The notes beneath the pieces were generated by a model. The model did not search any database and was not told the DNA's origin. It saw only the letters and a list, made by a program, of their open reading frames with translations. This document shows positions 1 to 8,765 of a DNA stretch of 64,000 nucleotides, piece by piece; positions within the stretch are counted from its first letter, which is position 1, and every line of letters begins with the position of its first letter. Where the stretch lies: the IMG/VR virus record IMGVR_UViG_3300043571_000425; one strand, given 5' to 3'. Both the position numbers and the translations under genes were made by a program. Source of the DNA: a virus.

Positions 1-2
1 GT

Positions 3-127
3 CGTCAAATCGGCAAGTCTCCAACAATTAAAACTCTCAGGCGTTGGGCAAAAAAGCACAATCTGAAGTTCTCAACTCATCTGCCTGTTCCGGTAGAAAC
101 GTTAGATACATTTTTGCGAATAGCGTG
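3..127 (+). CDS. 3' end of a gene entering from upstream of the window (partial, unknown function)
   Basis: Frame 3 is open from the window edge to TGA at 125-127 (...IGKSPTIKTLRRWAKKHNLKFSTHLPVPVETLDTFLRIA*). A hairpin follows at 156-187. Confidence 0.3.
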
Positions 128-155
128 ACTTTCGTGAATTGCGCCAATAAATAAA

Positions 156-187
156 AACCCACTAAAATTAATGCAATTTAGTGGGTT
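156..187. terminator. stem-loop, possible bidirectional terminator
   Basis: AACCCACTAAA (156-166) pairs with TTTAGTGGGTT (177-187). It is preceded by CCAATAAATAAAAA and followed by a T-rich tract. Confidence 0.4.
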
Positions 188-341
188 CATTTATGCCTAG
201 TATTGATTCTACGGTTGGGAAAGTATGCCGTTATTTAGGGTGAGAATAGATAGCGATCGCTCAGAACCCCCCAATCAACAAGTATTTAAAGCAGGGACAC
301 GCGATCGGCACGATTCAATTGATTTACTAAACAGGGGTAAT

Positions 342-734
342 ATGGACTCATTTAGGCTCTTAATCCAACTCAAGAAGCAAGAAAAAGAACTCGCGGAGAA
401 AATCAAGTCGGTTCAAAAAATGGCTATTGAAGATGCCATGTCTTTCGGTAAGACCGGACAAATTGACACAATTGATGGTGCAAAAGTTGTTTTTAAATTG
501 GTGGCAGTCAAACCCAAGCCGACAAACGAAATTCAAATAATGATGGAGCGCTTGGAATTTGTGAGAGAAAATCTGCAAAAGTCTAACTCTTCCCGTATCG
601 CTGAATTGAAGGCAGAATTAGAAGCGCTCACCACGAATCCAGAAATTCAGGAAATAGAATCAGAAATAGATGCGGCTATGGGAGCGATCGCGTCTGAAAA
701 GGTTGGTCAAATTGCGATTACCCTGCCAAAATAG
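342..734 (+). CDS. hypothetical coiled-coil protein
   Basis: ORF track 225-734. The ATG at 342 follows an AGGGG SD-like motif, so it is preferred over 225. The sequence is E/K/Q-rich and heptad-like. Confidence 0.5.
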   Translation: MDSFRLLIQLKKQEKELAEKIKSVQKMAIEDAMSFGKTGQIDTIDGAKVVFKLVAVKPKPTNEIQIMMERLEFVRENLQKSNSSRIAELKAELEALTTNPEIQEIESEIDAAMGAIASEKVGQIAITLPK

Positions 735-737
735 CCA

Positions 738-764
738 ATAAAAAACCCGCCATTTCTGACGGGT
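738..764 (-). terminator. rho-independent terminator of the CCAATAAAAAA-hairpin family
   Basis: ACCCG(745-749)/CGGGT(760-764) stem. On the minus strand it is followed by TTTTTTATTGG. It lies directly after the stop of 771-1094. Confidence 0.55.
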
Positions 765-770
765 TATTTA

Positions 771-1094
771 TTAAATTCTTTCCCAGCCTTCTTTGATAGG
801 GATTATGTATGTATACCTGTCCCTATCCCTGAAGTAAATCCTAAAAGCCTTATTTGACTTATCTACATATTTATCCCAGTCTCTTGGGTGTGAGACATAG
901 GCAAATTCTATAGAAGGGGTATATTCTGAGTACCATTCATCGTTGAGAAATTCATTAATAAATTCCCCTGGTCGCATTAGGTACGAATCGTTAAATTGAG
1001 GTAAGCAAGAACCCCCTGCTTCGAGACTGAGATCAACATCAACTACTGCGATAACCTCGGTAGTGATGCTGTTGAATAAATCTTGTAATTTCAT
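771..1094 (-). CDS. hypothetical protein
   Basis: ORF track. It has its own terminator and no recognisable motif. Confidence 0.55.
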   Translation of the reverse strand: MKLQDLFNSITTEVIAVVDVDLSLEAGGSCLPQFNDSYLMRPGEFINEFLNDEWYSEYTPSIEFAYVSHPRDWDKYVDKSNKAFRIYFRDRDRYTYIIPIKEGWERI

Positions 1095-1100
1095 TCTTCC

Positions 1101-1192
1101 GGCATCTTTTTATTAATCTCTACTTTGTATCCTAGACAAAGTAGAGTTTGGTTTATTTTGACCCATGTTTCAGGGTCTTTTTTTAGCCATAC
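1101..1192 (-). pseudogene. truncated 3' remnant of a paralog of the 10277-10510 gene
   Basis: Roughly 85 percent nucleotide match by eye to 10286-10374 (gcatcttttta..aatctctactttgtatcctagacaa ... attttgacccatgtttcagggtctttttt). Only about the last 30 codons are present and there is no start codon. Confidence 0.5.
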
Positions 1193-1268
1193 TTTAATAC
1201 TATAATGTCAACCACCAAATTAAAATATTTTTAAAATAAAAAATCCACCGTTGCCGATGGACTAAAAA

Positions 1269-1466
1269 TTATACTAATTCTCTAACTGTTTTTTCTAATT
1301 TACTTTTACCTTTCCATCGAACTGGATGGTGAAGGTTCTCACATCTGGCTTCATTCCAGATTATTACAATTATCTCATCTGCGGAGATTTCCGGAAAATC
1401 ACTTGTGATTTTTTCTACAGCTTTTTTGACAACGTCTTCATAATTAATTCTGACAAAGTCTGTCAT
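1269..1466 (-). CDS. small conserved protein, paralog of 11409-11591
   Basis: Both copies share FPEIS..E..I..IWNEAR.ENLHHPVRWKGK..LEKTVRELV. The 3' end and downstream DNA (about 1201-1300) are identical to 11341-11440. Confidence 0.65.
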   Translation of the reverse strand: MTDFVRINYEDVVKKAVEKITSDFPEISADEIIVIIWNEARCENLHHPVRWKGKSKLEKTVRELV

Positions 1467-1491
1467 TTTATGTCCTCACTGTTTTTGAGAT

Positions 1492-1695
1492 TTAGATACT
1501 TAAGATAATTTTATGTGCCTGTTTGCCAGACATACCGTCTGGCAACTGAATCCCGACCATATTGACCGCAGGTGCGGTCATGTCATCGGATAGACCGGAG
1601 TTCCAGTCGTAATCCGGCGCAACAGTCAGTGTTGCGCCGGGAATGGCTGCCAACACTTTTTCAGCATTTTCTACCTTAACTCTAATTACTTTCAT
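1492..1695 (-). CDS. hypothetical protein, distant paralog of 11593-11862
   Basis: It holds the same position upstream of the small conserved gene. The IRV...A and SGKQA..I motifs are shared. Confidence 0.5.
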   Translation of the reverse strand: MKVIRVKVENAEKVLAAIPGATLTVAPDYDWNSGLSDDMTAPAVNMVGIQLPDGMSGKQAHKIILSI

Positions 1696-1949
1696 GTTTT
1701 CTGTTTTTCCTTTTTTGTATATTTGTTAGCGCATGGGATATGATCAGGAAGTTTGACAGCTACAGCTTGTATTTTGCCGTTCCAAGCTTCGTATAATGCC
1801 ATAGCTTCAAACTCTACTCCTTCCCACCCTTTCCAGTCATCTCTCTCAACCCCGAATTGTAGGGTTACATGGTGGAGGCTACCTTGTGAGTAGCGGGGAG
1901 TGATGATTAGGGGTGACTGGATTACACCCCACAGAATGCCTTTACTCAT
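1692..1949 (-). CDS. hypothetical protein (MSKGILWGVIQ... family)
   Basis: ORF track 1692-2036. The ATG at 1949 overlaps the stop of 1942-2340 (GATGAGTAA). The same junction recurs at 3347-3354, so 1949 is preferred as the start. Confidence 0.5.
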   Translation of the reverse strand: MSKGILWGVIQSPLIITPRYSQGSLHHVTLQFGVERDDWKGWEGVEFEAMALYEAWNGKIQAVAVKLPDHIPCANKYTKKEKQKT

Positions 1950-2340
1950 CTGACCACTTTTTATCAGGTATTCCAGGGATTTCAAGCCACGTCTGATAGT
2001 CTTCGTAGTTACCTCTTTCTTTCTGGATTGCGCCAAGAGCGGTCATAGCATCCCTGTATGATTGTTTGGCAGTTATTAAAGCTTTCTCGGCGGCTATTGC
2101 TGCTTCGTACTTTTCGACAACCACATCATCTCTGAAAGGTATAGAGTCAGAGTAATCTTTCCAATTGAAATAAACTTCACTACCATCCTGTAGTTTCGCA
2201 AGTTGCCAAGTTTCTGTAAAAGAAATTGCAACCACTGGCGATGTAAACACAGCCTTGTCAGCGTTAACGATTACTGCAACTTCGTGACCTTTAAATGAGA
2301 GGATCTCTTCTTGTCCATCAATAACTCTAAATCCTGGCAT
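1942..2340 (-). CDS. hypothetical protein
   Basis: ORF track, translationally coupled to the downstream gene. Confidence 0.55.
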   Translation of the reverse strand: MPGFRVIDGQEEILSFKGHEVAVIVNADKAVFTSPVVAISFTETWQLAKLQDGSEVYFNWKDYSDSIPFRDDVVVEKYEAAIAAEKALITAKQSYRDAMTALGAIQKERGNYEDYQTWLEIPGIPDKKWSDE

Positions 2341-2421
2341 AAATTCCCCTTTGTTTTAACTTGCCTCATCAGTACCCAAGTTGTAATCTTAGGTAGACGG
2401 GTTTCAAAAACCCGTTTCGGC

Positions 2422-2787
2422 TTAATCTCTACCTCTCTGGTAGTCATTGGAACTACCTAGTGAGGGGGTTGATCTTCCGCTTAACTGGCGTTCAACAACA
2501 GAGGTTAACGCTTCCAGAATTTTGAACGCGTCATAGGAGGGTTCACCCATATCTGCATTGATATCACGATACTCCCATTTAGCCTCCGACAGAGACAAAT
2601 CACTGTCTTCATCCCAGCCTGTGATTTGTGCTTCCACTAATTCGGCATCGTCATAAAGAAAACTATTCTTTTCTGCTGTATCAACCCACAGAAGATTGAG
2701 ATCCTTGTAACGAGCGTAAGCCACAGGGTAGCTGCTTACTATTTCTACTGCTTGGGTTAGAGTTTCTTTTTTGATTGCTACTTGCAT
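2422..2787 (-). CDS. hypothetical acidic protein
   Basis: ORF track, no recognisable motif. Confidence 0.55.
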   Translation of the reverse strand: MQVAIKKETLTQAVEIVSSYPVAYARYKDLNLLWVDTAEKNSFLYDDAELVEAQITGWDEDSDLSLSEAKWEYRDINADMGEPSYDAFKILEALTSVVERQLSGRSTPSLGSSNDYQRGRD

Positions 2788-2831
2788 GATTAAGTTTCCC
2801 TCTGTTTTCCATATCTATAGTTGTACACCAT

Positions 2832-3047
2832 CTATTCTGAGATGTCAACTACTTTTGCAAAATTCTCTTGAAACCACTCCAATGGCTTGTCTGCCAATAC
2901 TTCTACAAAATTGACTAAATCAGGGTTTACAGTTTTCCCGTAACTGCGGGCATACCCTACAGATATTAGTTTTCTGGATAGACTCTCTTTACAAGCCTCA
3001 GTGCATCTAGCTTTTATCTCTGTTGTCCGGTTAAGCGATGGACGCAT
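2832..3047 (-). CDS. small DNA-binding-like protein (possible ribbon-helix-helix), paralog of 4861-5076
   Basis: From the internal ATG at 3047 the product MRPSLNRTTEIKARCTE...KLISVGY...NPD.V.F...LADKPL.WF aligns over its full length with the 71-aa product of 4861-5076. Confidence 0.55.
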   Translation of the reverse strand: MRPSLNRTTEIKARCTEACKESLSRKLISVGYARSYGKTVNPDLVNFVEVLADKPLEWFQENFAKVVDISE

Positions 3048-3267
3048 AATTTTATTTGTTAGGTGTACGCCATTAACTATAGCAGACGGGTTGTCATGCG
3101 AATGAGGAAATATCCAAGAATCCCTGTAGAGTCGGTTTTGGAGCAATATCAACTACTGCAACTATCTATTAATTCCCTATGGCTATAGTTAAATGCTTAT
3201 GCTAAAATTAAAACACCTCCCCAAATGCACTCCGGGAAGGTGTTTCGTTTACTTGTAAAAACTTGAA

Positions 3268-3354
3268 TTATGAATATCCTAGCATCCCCTGTGGATAGCG
3301 TGGGGTAATAATGACTGGTGCTTGAATTACACCCCACAGAATGCCTTTACTCAT
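3268..3354 (-). pseudogene. truncated copy (28 codons) of the 1692-1949 gene
   Basis: MSKGILWGVIQAPVIITPRYPQGMLGYS* compares with MSKGILWGVIQSPLIITPRYSQGSL... (85 aa) at 1949. The ATGAGTAA overlap with the upstream stop is the same. Confidence 0.45.
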
Positions 3355-3649
3355 CTACTTTCCATTTTTTACACCAGTCTTGGAACTCCTGAGACTGCAT
3401 ACTATCTTGCAGTCTGTAAGGCAGGAGATATTTTAACTTCTCCTCAGTGGCGCGGACTTTTTCACCACACTTTTTGGCTAGTGATTGGGCATCTCTCAAT
3501 CCTTCTTTTGTGAAGGGGAAATAGCGGTTATACTCATCACCGTCTTCTTTTGAGTCAAATACCAAATAGCATTTAAGTAATGTCTCTTGCAGAGATCGGA
3601 ATTTATTTCTATGCCACTCTTGCGGTCTTTCTAATGCCTTGTTTCCCAT
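3347..3649 (-). CDS. hypothetical protein
   Basis: ORF track. The C-terminus KKWKVDE resembles the DKKWSDE end of 1942-2340. Confidence 0.55.
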   Translation of the reverse strand: MGNKALERPQEWHRNKFRSLQETLLKCYLVFDSKEDGDEYNRYFPFTKEGLRDAQSLAKKCGEKVRATEEKLKYLLPYRLQDSMQSQEFQDWCKKWKVDE

Positions 3650-3733
3650 TGTTTCTTGGTGGGTATGTGACAGCTTCCCACGACTACCAGGTGGTAGTTT
3701 CGGACGGTAGCCAGCCGTCCATCGTCAGGTGGG

Positions 3734-4795
3734 TTAGACTGTTGCCAGCCATTTCTCGAAAGGCTTAACAATACCTTTTTTGGCTTGTTGAGCTTTTTTA
3801 TACAGTTCATAGTCAAGCTCTTTTTGCTGCTGTGCTTTTTTAGCTTCCTCTTTTGCTAGTCGTTCTGCACTTTTAGCATCACCGTAGATTTTAAAGTTTT
3901 TTGCCCTTTCAAGAGCTTCTTGTGTAGATATAACAATCGCGTCTACCTTCTTATCTTCGTCAAATTTGTAGATATATTTATCTACACCATCTGATAGTTG
4001 CTCGTAGGATACTGCACCCTTCCGACATTCAAAAACTGCATTGGCTACTGGCCACATACAGATATTGATGTAGCTTTCATATTCCCGTAGCTCAGGATAC
4101 AAGCTATAGAAATATTCTTTTAGGTCAGGATATGCCGCTTTTTTAGAAGCTAGTGGGTGTTTAGGTACTGCTTTAGTAGCTTTCAATTCCCAGTGTTCTA
4201 CCCAATTTTGGAACACTTTTTGATCGCGGTTGATCAATTGTTGAGAAGCTTTCCAGTTGTCAGCGATCTCAACACCTAGAAGTTTTAATGCTTCCCGTTC
4301 GCTATATACAGGGTGTCTCCAAAAAGAAATTACTTCTGTTGTTGTACCTGTTTGAGCTACAAATACTTCTTGGAAGACTTGCTTCCATTCACCAGCAGCA
4401 ATAGAAAATTCGATTGCTTTCTGAGTTTCTAGCCGAGTTGCATACTCAGTTTTTTGCGCTGCCGTTAGCGCTGGCAGTTCAATATTAAAGGGAAATTCCT
4501 TTCCATCTTTGTCCAGAAGGATGACACCTTCTGAATCATAAGAGGATTCAACCTCAAAATATTTTCCTTCGGTTAGAAGGCTTCCGTTCTTATAAACACC
4601 GGGTTCTCTATCAGAATCAATTTCTACTAATTCATATCCTTTGTAAGTAGTTTCCATTTGTTTTACCTCTGTGGATTCAAGTTTCCAATCAATTTTTAAT
4701 AATTCATCCATCCATTTCTGGATGTTTTGCTTGCCACCCACACGGGTGATTAAGTTGATTAATGTTTGTTGTCTAGCCTGTAAATTTTTCATCAA
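3734..4795 (-). CDS. hypothetical protein (353 aa)
   Basis: Long uninterrupted ORF with a K/E-rich C-terminus and no recognisable motif. Confidence 0.6.
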   Translation of the reverse strand: MMKNLQARQQTLINLITRVGGKQNIQKWMDELLKIDWKLESTEVKQMETTYKGYELVEIDSDREPGVYKNGSLLTEGKYFEVESSYDSEGVILLDKDGKEFPFNIELPALTAAQKTEYATRLETQKAIEFSIAAGEWKQVFQEVFVAQTGTTTEVISFWRHPVYSEREALKLLGVEIADNWKASQQLINRDQKVFQNWVEHWELKATKAVPKHPLASKKAAYPDLKEYFYSLYPELREYESYINICMWPVANAVFECRKGAVSYEQLSDGVDKYIYKFDEDKKVDAIVISTQEALERAKNFKIYGDAKSAERLAKEEAKKAQQQKELDYELYKKAQQAKKGIVKPFEKWLATV

Positions 4796-4860
4796 CTTAA
4801 CCAGGGGCTTGTGAGTGGTGCTTGTCTTCCCCCTCTCTCCATACTTTAGTTATACCCCAA

Positions 4861-5076
4861 CTATTTTTGATTGTCAAGATTTTTTTCAAAGTTTTTTTCA
4901 AACCAACCCAAAGGCTTATCCGCTAAGGCTTCTAGGAAGTCTACAAAGTTTGGGTTTATGTTACCGTCCTTAGTACGTTTGTACCCGACAGATATTAGTT
5001 TTCTCGCTAGCTGTTCCTTGACTTCCTTGGTACATCTGGCTTTTATCTCTGTTGTCCGGTTAAGTGATGGACGCAT
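4861..5076 (-). CDS. small DNA-binding-like protein (possible ribbon-helix-helix), paralog of 2832-3047
   Basis: See 2832-3047. The upstream DNA (5098-5150) is also similar to 3061-3110. Confidence 0.6.
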   Translation of the reverse strand: MRPSLNRTTEIKARCTKEVKEQLARKLISVGYKRTKDGNINPNFVDFLEALADKPLGWFEKNFEKNLDNQK

Positions 5077-5152
5077 GGCTTTATCCTTTATAGTTGTACA
5101 CCATTAACTATAGCAGATGATTTTGTCAATGGCTGCTGTGCGAATGAGGAAA

Positions 5153-5830
5153 TTAACTATAAGTATTCAACCCAGGCGCACCCCCAAACGGCAAGTCCGC
5201 GTAAGAACCAAACCGAGTTTCACACGCTGTCAAAGTTTTGGCGCACACATCCAACGCCGGATTATCTGTGGCCACATTATTTAAGGTGAACCCGCCCCCC
5301 AAATACCCACACTCGGCGGAACGATACCGCCATGAGCATGACCGCAGTAACGGACGGGCTGGCAATGTCACGCCCTCAACGTCAAACGACGATCCGAGTC
5401 GGAATTGTACAGCGAGATAAGTTTCTGACACTAACTGCTCAATCACGAATATTTGCTGTGGCAGTTCTTTGATTGCCGCGCCTTCATTCTCACCACCATC
5501 TAAAAATTGCCGTTGAGTAAGGCGGCGCTTTACCGTCGTTCCTTCTAGTCGGTAATTGGGTGAGGTTTTGCATTGAGTTAGCCAAGTCGAGACGACACGC
5601 CCGATATTGGAAACTGTTAGTTGTGGCGTGGGAATTGGTCCTTGTCCGATAAGATCAAAACCTTCAGATTCACAGCCAATGGCGGCGTATTCCTGCCCCT
5701 CGAAGGACACGCCGGGATAATTGCAGATGTACAGGGTTTCTGTTGGTGCGGTCAAGTTGTAATTAGATATCTCGAATAACTCAATGGGTGAGTCGGGATT
5801 GAGGGATAGGAGATTGCTGATTATTGGCAT
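5153..5830 (-). CDS. minor tail protein L (lambda gpL family)
   Basis: 225 aa. It carries the characteristic C-terminal Cys motif RSCSWRYRSAECGY...C...C of gpL-type tail-tip proteins. Confidence 0.85.
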   Translation of the reverse strand: MPIISNLLSLNPDSPIELFEISNYNLTAPTETLYICNYPGVSFEGQEYAAIGCESEGFDLIGQGPIPTPQLTVSNIGRVVSTWLTQCKTSPNYRLEGTTVKRRLTQRQFLDGGENEGAAIKELPQQIFVIEQLVSETYLAVQFRLGSSFDVEGVTLPARPLLRSCSWRYRSAECGYLGGGFTLNNVATDNPALDVCAKTLTACETRFGSYADLPFGGAPGLNTYS

Positions 5831-5846
5831 TTTATTTTTAGAATTG

Positions 5847-5873
5847 CCAATAAAAAAGCCCCTATTACGGGGC
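5847..5873 (-). terminator. rho-independent terminator (CCAATAAAAAA-hairpin family)
   Basis: GCCCC(5858-5862)/GGGGC(5869-5873), with TTTTTTATTGG on the minus strand. It sits between 5879-6130 and the L gene. Confidence 0.6.
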
Positions 5874-5878
5874 GTAAG

Positions 5879-6130
5879 TTAAATTAGTTCCAGTAAAATT
5901 GTGAGCGCCTCTTGGATGCTGGCGATCGCATCCTTGATTAACGCGCGCTTCTGTTTTGCGGGTTTGTCGGATTTTGAAAGCAGTAGTTCACGGCTGGCTA
6001 TCTGCTTCATTAGCTTGGAAATATTGGGCTTTTCTCCCCACGTACAACTGAACTCTAGGGCTATATTTTCAAGTTCGGTTTTGTCTTCTTCCGAGACAGA
6101 GAGCGTTATGCTCTCAGCTTTTCTACTCAC
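5879..6130 (-). CDS. small ribbon-helix-helix-like protein, paralog of 7130-7402
   Basis: MSRK.ESITLS.S...K.ELE..ALEF.C.WG..PNIS.L.K.IA..E.LLSKS.KP.K......IKDAIA...ALTILLELI is shared by both copies. Confidence 0.6.
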   Translation of the reverse strand: MSRKAESITLSVSEEDKTELENIALEFSCTWGEKPNISKLMKQIASRELLLSKSDKPAKQKRALIKDAIASIQEALTILLELI

Positions 6131-6152
6131 TTGTAAATTCCTCTTTTACAAT

Positions 6153-6596
6153 TTAGCAAGGGTGGGCAACAAGTCCTACTTCTAATGCTTGCTCAATAAT
6201 TTCAGGAATTTCATTATTTACAAATTCTTCAGCTTGATATTCAGCCCAAATTTCCATAATAAGCTGGGATTTATCTTCCAGAAATTTACTAAAATCTTCA
6301 TCTAAAATTCCATCACTCCAAGATTGTAAAATTCCTTTTTTATTTACTTTCACCTTTCTTCCTTTGTAGGATAGGAATTCACTCTCTTTTAGATATTGCT
6401 TGATAGCATCATGCTGGGATTGAAACCCAAAACTTAATTTATCTAAAGATCCTATGCAAATCTTTTCATCCAAAATGCCACCATTTTCAAAGCAAAACTG
6501 ACCAATTCTATAATCATCAACATTATCAGGATTAACCCAAATACCCCATTGAGAATCAGCAGAGTTGAGATTAGATAAATATTCTTGAAGGGACAT
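6153..6596 (-). CDS. hypothetical protein
   Basis: ORF track. It lies downstream of repeat copy 6632-6790, which carries a promoter-like TTGACA. Confidence 0.55.
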   Translation of the reverse strand: MSLQEYLSNLNSADSQWGIWVNPDNVDDYRIGQFCFENGGILDEKICIGSLDKLSFGFQSQHDAIKQYLKESEFLSYKGRKVKVNKKGILQSWSDGILDEDFSKFLEDKSQLIMEIWAEYQAEEFVNNEIPEIIEQALEVGLVAHPC

Positions 6597-6631
6597 GATA
6601 CAATACCTTTGAAACTAAATTTACTGTGTGG

Positions 6632-6790
6632 CTTGGGGTTGCTTCCCTTGCCTCACATTTATATATTTGCACAGTATTTTATCCTTGTCAATAGCAAAGT
6701 GTCCGTATATTTAAAATATTTTCATTCCCTACAAAAATCTCCTAATCTGTTCAAATTTCCCACTAAAAGCAGCCGCCGTCACACCCTGCT
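6632..6790. repeat. 159-bp direct repeat, copy 1 (contains a duplicated 3' end of the gpM gene)
   Basis: It aligns at a fixed offset of 1680 bp with 8312-8470. The last about 113 bp (6678-6790) differ at only about 3 positions. Confidence 0.85.
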
Positions 6791-6856
6791 AGTCTTAGAC
6801 AACAAAAGAAAGTTGTGATGCAAATTTCTGAGAGAATAATTGAAGCTGTAAATTGA

Positions 6857-6882
6857 CAATAAAAAAGCCCCATAGTAGGGGC
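6857..6882 (-). terminator. rho-independent terminator (CAATAAAAAA-hairpin family)
   Basis: GCCCC(6867-6871)/GGGGC(6878-6882) with an adjacent A/T tract. It lies directly after the stop of 6899-7129. Confidence 0.6.
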
Positions 6883-6898
6883 TAGTTGGCGATCGCGC

Positions 6899-7129
6899 TT
6901 ATCTGGAATGCGTTGAATTAACTCTATCTCTTTGGATTGATAATTCACTTTCATCACCGTCAATTAAACATTGAGCGTAACTAAAAATGTCTGTGCTATT
7001 AATCCAGTAAGATACATAAGGTTGAACTAAATCATAAAAGCTGCATACTATCTCTGATTCATCTACTCCTTTCTCTTTTAGTTCTTGGATATGTTCTTTG
7101 AATTTTGCTTCTATTTCAGGTGTGATCAT
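6899..7129 (-). CDS. hypothetical small protein
   Basis: ORF track. Its start abuts the stop of the RHH-like gene 7130-7402. Confidence 0.5.
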   Translation of the reverse strand: MITPEIEAKFKEHIQELKEKGVDESEIVCSFYDLVQPYVSYWINSTDIFSYAQCLIDGDESELSIQRDRVNSTHSR

Positions 7130-7402
7130 TTAGATTAACTCCAACAAAATTGTTAATGCCCTTTGGATAGATGCGATACCTTCGGTCAGCTTTGCGATCG
7201 CATCTTTAATCATTTTCCGTTCTTTCTTGTCCGGTTTACCAGACTTTGATAGTAAAATTTCACCATCAGCGATCGCTTTTAGTAATGATGAAATATTAGG
7301 GCGATCGCCCCATAGGCAGCCAAACTCCAAAGCTTTTTGTTCAAGTTCGGCTTTGTGTTCCCAGGAAAGGGAGAGCGTTATACTCTCCTGTTTTCTACTC
7401 AA
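7130..7402 (-). CDS. small ribbon-helix-helix-like protein, paralog of 5879-6130
   Basis: See 5879-6130. Confidence 0.6.
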   Translation of the reverse strand: MSRKQESITLSLSWEHKAELEQKALEFGCLWGDRPNISSLLKAIADGEILLSKSGKPDKKERKMIKDAIAKLTEGIASIQRALTILLELI

Positions 7403-7525
7403 TTTGACTCCTCTTCTAAATCACGCAACTTTTTGGCTTTTCTTGTTTCACTTAATTTAGTAAAACCGTTCTTAATTAAATCTGCTTCTGTGTCGTCGGC
7501 AGACAACAGGAACCGACCTTTAGTC

Positions 7526-7921
7526 TTAGCCATTTCGCTTTTTATTCCTTCTCGCCCCATTTCTTATCTTGATAAGAGATATGGCTTGAGGTGATACGTT
7601 GTAGCGTTCTGCCAATACAGAATATTTTTCTATACTGGCAATTATTTCTTCGTGATCTTGGCAAGTTAATTTACCCGATCCACTTATTCCAATTCCTGTA
7701 GGGTTGGGAGGATTAACACGAGAGTTTGCAGCGCACGAGCGACATTTAGTGCTTTTTCCCTTAACTAAAACTGCGTGCTTTTGCTGGGATATTTCCCCAC
7801 ACTTGCATTCACACTCATAGTAAGAATGTGAGTGAGATGTTTCTGAGGCATGAACAAACTTTATAATCCTCCAATCTCCAATCATTGTTCCGGGGAGGAG
7901 AGGATTTGTGATTGTTTTCAT
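7526..7921 (-). CDS. zinc-ribbon protein with C-terminal HTH-like region
   Basis: YYECECKCGE...KSTKCRSC is a four-Cys ribbon. The C-terminal SVLAERYNVSPQAISLIKIR resembles an HTH. Confidence 0.55.
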   Translation of the reverse strand: MKTITNPLLPGTMIGDWRIIKFVHASETSHSHSYYECECKCGEISQQKHAVLVKGKSTKCRSCAANSRVNPPNPTGIGISGSGKLTCQDHEEIIASIEKYSVLAERYNVSPQAISLIKIRNGARRNKKRNG

Positions 7922-7957
7922 ATTTTTGCTTTTTGCGAATGCGATCGCATTAACTAA

Positions 7958-8272
7958 TTAAGCATTCTCTACAACATAGTTTGCGTACGCTTTCGCTAAA
8001 CCACAAATCAGCTCGTAGCAAGATTGTATATCCTCTTCTAGCTCACGCTTAATAGAGGATGGAATGCAATCTAGCAATTGCCCAGATTCAAATTCGTATT
8101 GCCCAACATAAGACTCGTCGTCACAAATATCCTCTCCAATGCCATATTTATTGATAGCATCTGCAACGGCTGGGGATATTTTTCTAATCTCATCTAAGCA
8201 AGATGCCCACTCAGGGGAGGAAACGAAGGACGCATATAAATCTTGATTGATGACTGCTTGATTGTAAGACAT
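7958..8272 (-). CDS. hypothetical acidic protein
   Basis: ORF track. It lies downstream of the promoter at 8343-8371. Confidence 0.55.
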   Translation of the reverse strand: MSYNQAVINQDLYASFVSSPEWASCLDEIRKISPAVADAINKYGIGEDICDDESYVGQYEFESGQLLDCIPSSIKRELEEDIQSCYELICGLAKAYANYVVENA

Positions 8273-8311
8273 GATATAATTTCCTTAATTCGCTTGGTTT
8301 ACTTAGAGACT

Positions 8312-8470
8312 TGGGCTTGCCCCCCTTGTCTCTACATTTATAATATTACACTTATACTTTATCCTTGTCAATAGCAAAGTGTCCGTATATTTAAAATATT
8401 TTCATTCCCTACAAAAATCTCCTAACCTGCTCAAATTTCCCACTAAAAGCAGCCGCCGTCACACCCTGCT
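8312..8470. repeat. 159-bp direct repeat, copy 2 (overlaps the true 3' end of gpM)
   Basis: See 6632-6790. Confidence 0.85.
8343..8371 (-). promoter_or_regulatory. sigma70-type promoter
   Basis: The minus strand reads TTGACA (8371-8366), a 17-nt spacer, then TAATAT (8348-8343). It lies upstream of 7958-8272. Confidence 0.55.
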
Positions 8471-8753
8471 GCTGAATACTCCACTCTTTGCAGATGTAAA
8501 GCTTCCCGTCATCGGTCACGCCCCCATCAAGCGACAGCCTAAATGGTGAACCCCGCCGCGTCCTAAGAAAAGCGTCTACTTCTGCAAAATTAATAATATT
8601 TACGCTGATATCCAAACTTGAGGTAACAGTATTAATACCCTTGGTAGTACGGCGTTCAACTCCAGTTTCACCATATTTAGTTTTGGCAATATCGGCGGTT
8701 TCTGTTTCTGGATTGGACCAGGTTGGCGTAAGGGGAATTATTGGGTAAGTCAT
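8409..8753 (-). CDS. minor tail protein M (lambda gpM family)
   Basis: 114 aa. The pattern KYGETGVERR...S.NI...EVDAFL...G..F........LYICKEWS......F.GKFEQV parallels lambda M (FGDGY.QR ... FL ... C.KWS ... FEQV). Confidence 0.75.
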   Translation of the reverse strand: MTYPIIPLTPTWSNPETETADIAKTKYGETGVERRTTKGINTVTSSLDISVNIINFAEVDAFLRTRRGSPFRLSLDGGVTDDGKLYICKEWSIQQQGVTAAAFSGKFEQVRRFL

Positions 8754-8765
8754 AGAGTTAAAAAT

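Noticed and set aside
1950-2036. Longer N-terminal extension of the 1692 ORF (start at 2036)
   Set aside because: The extension overlaps 1942-2340 in another frame. The ATGAGTAA stop-start junction at 1942-1949 recurs at 3347-3354, which supports the short form.
3580-3816. Small ORFs (61-62 aa) on both strands between 3649 and 3734
   Set aside because: They overlap each other and the ends of the flanking genes, and have no motifs or signals.
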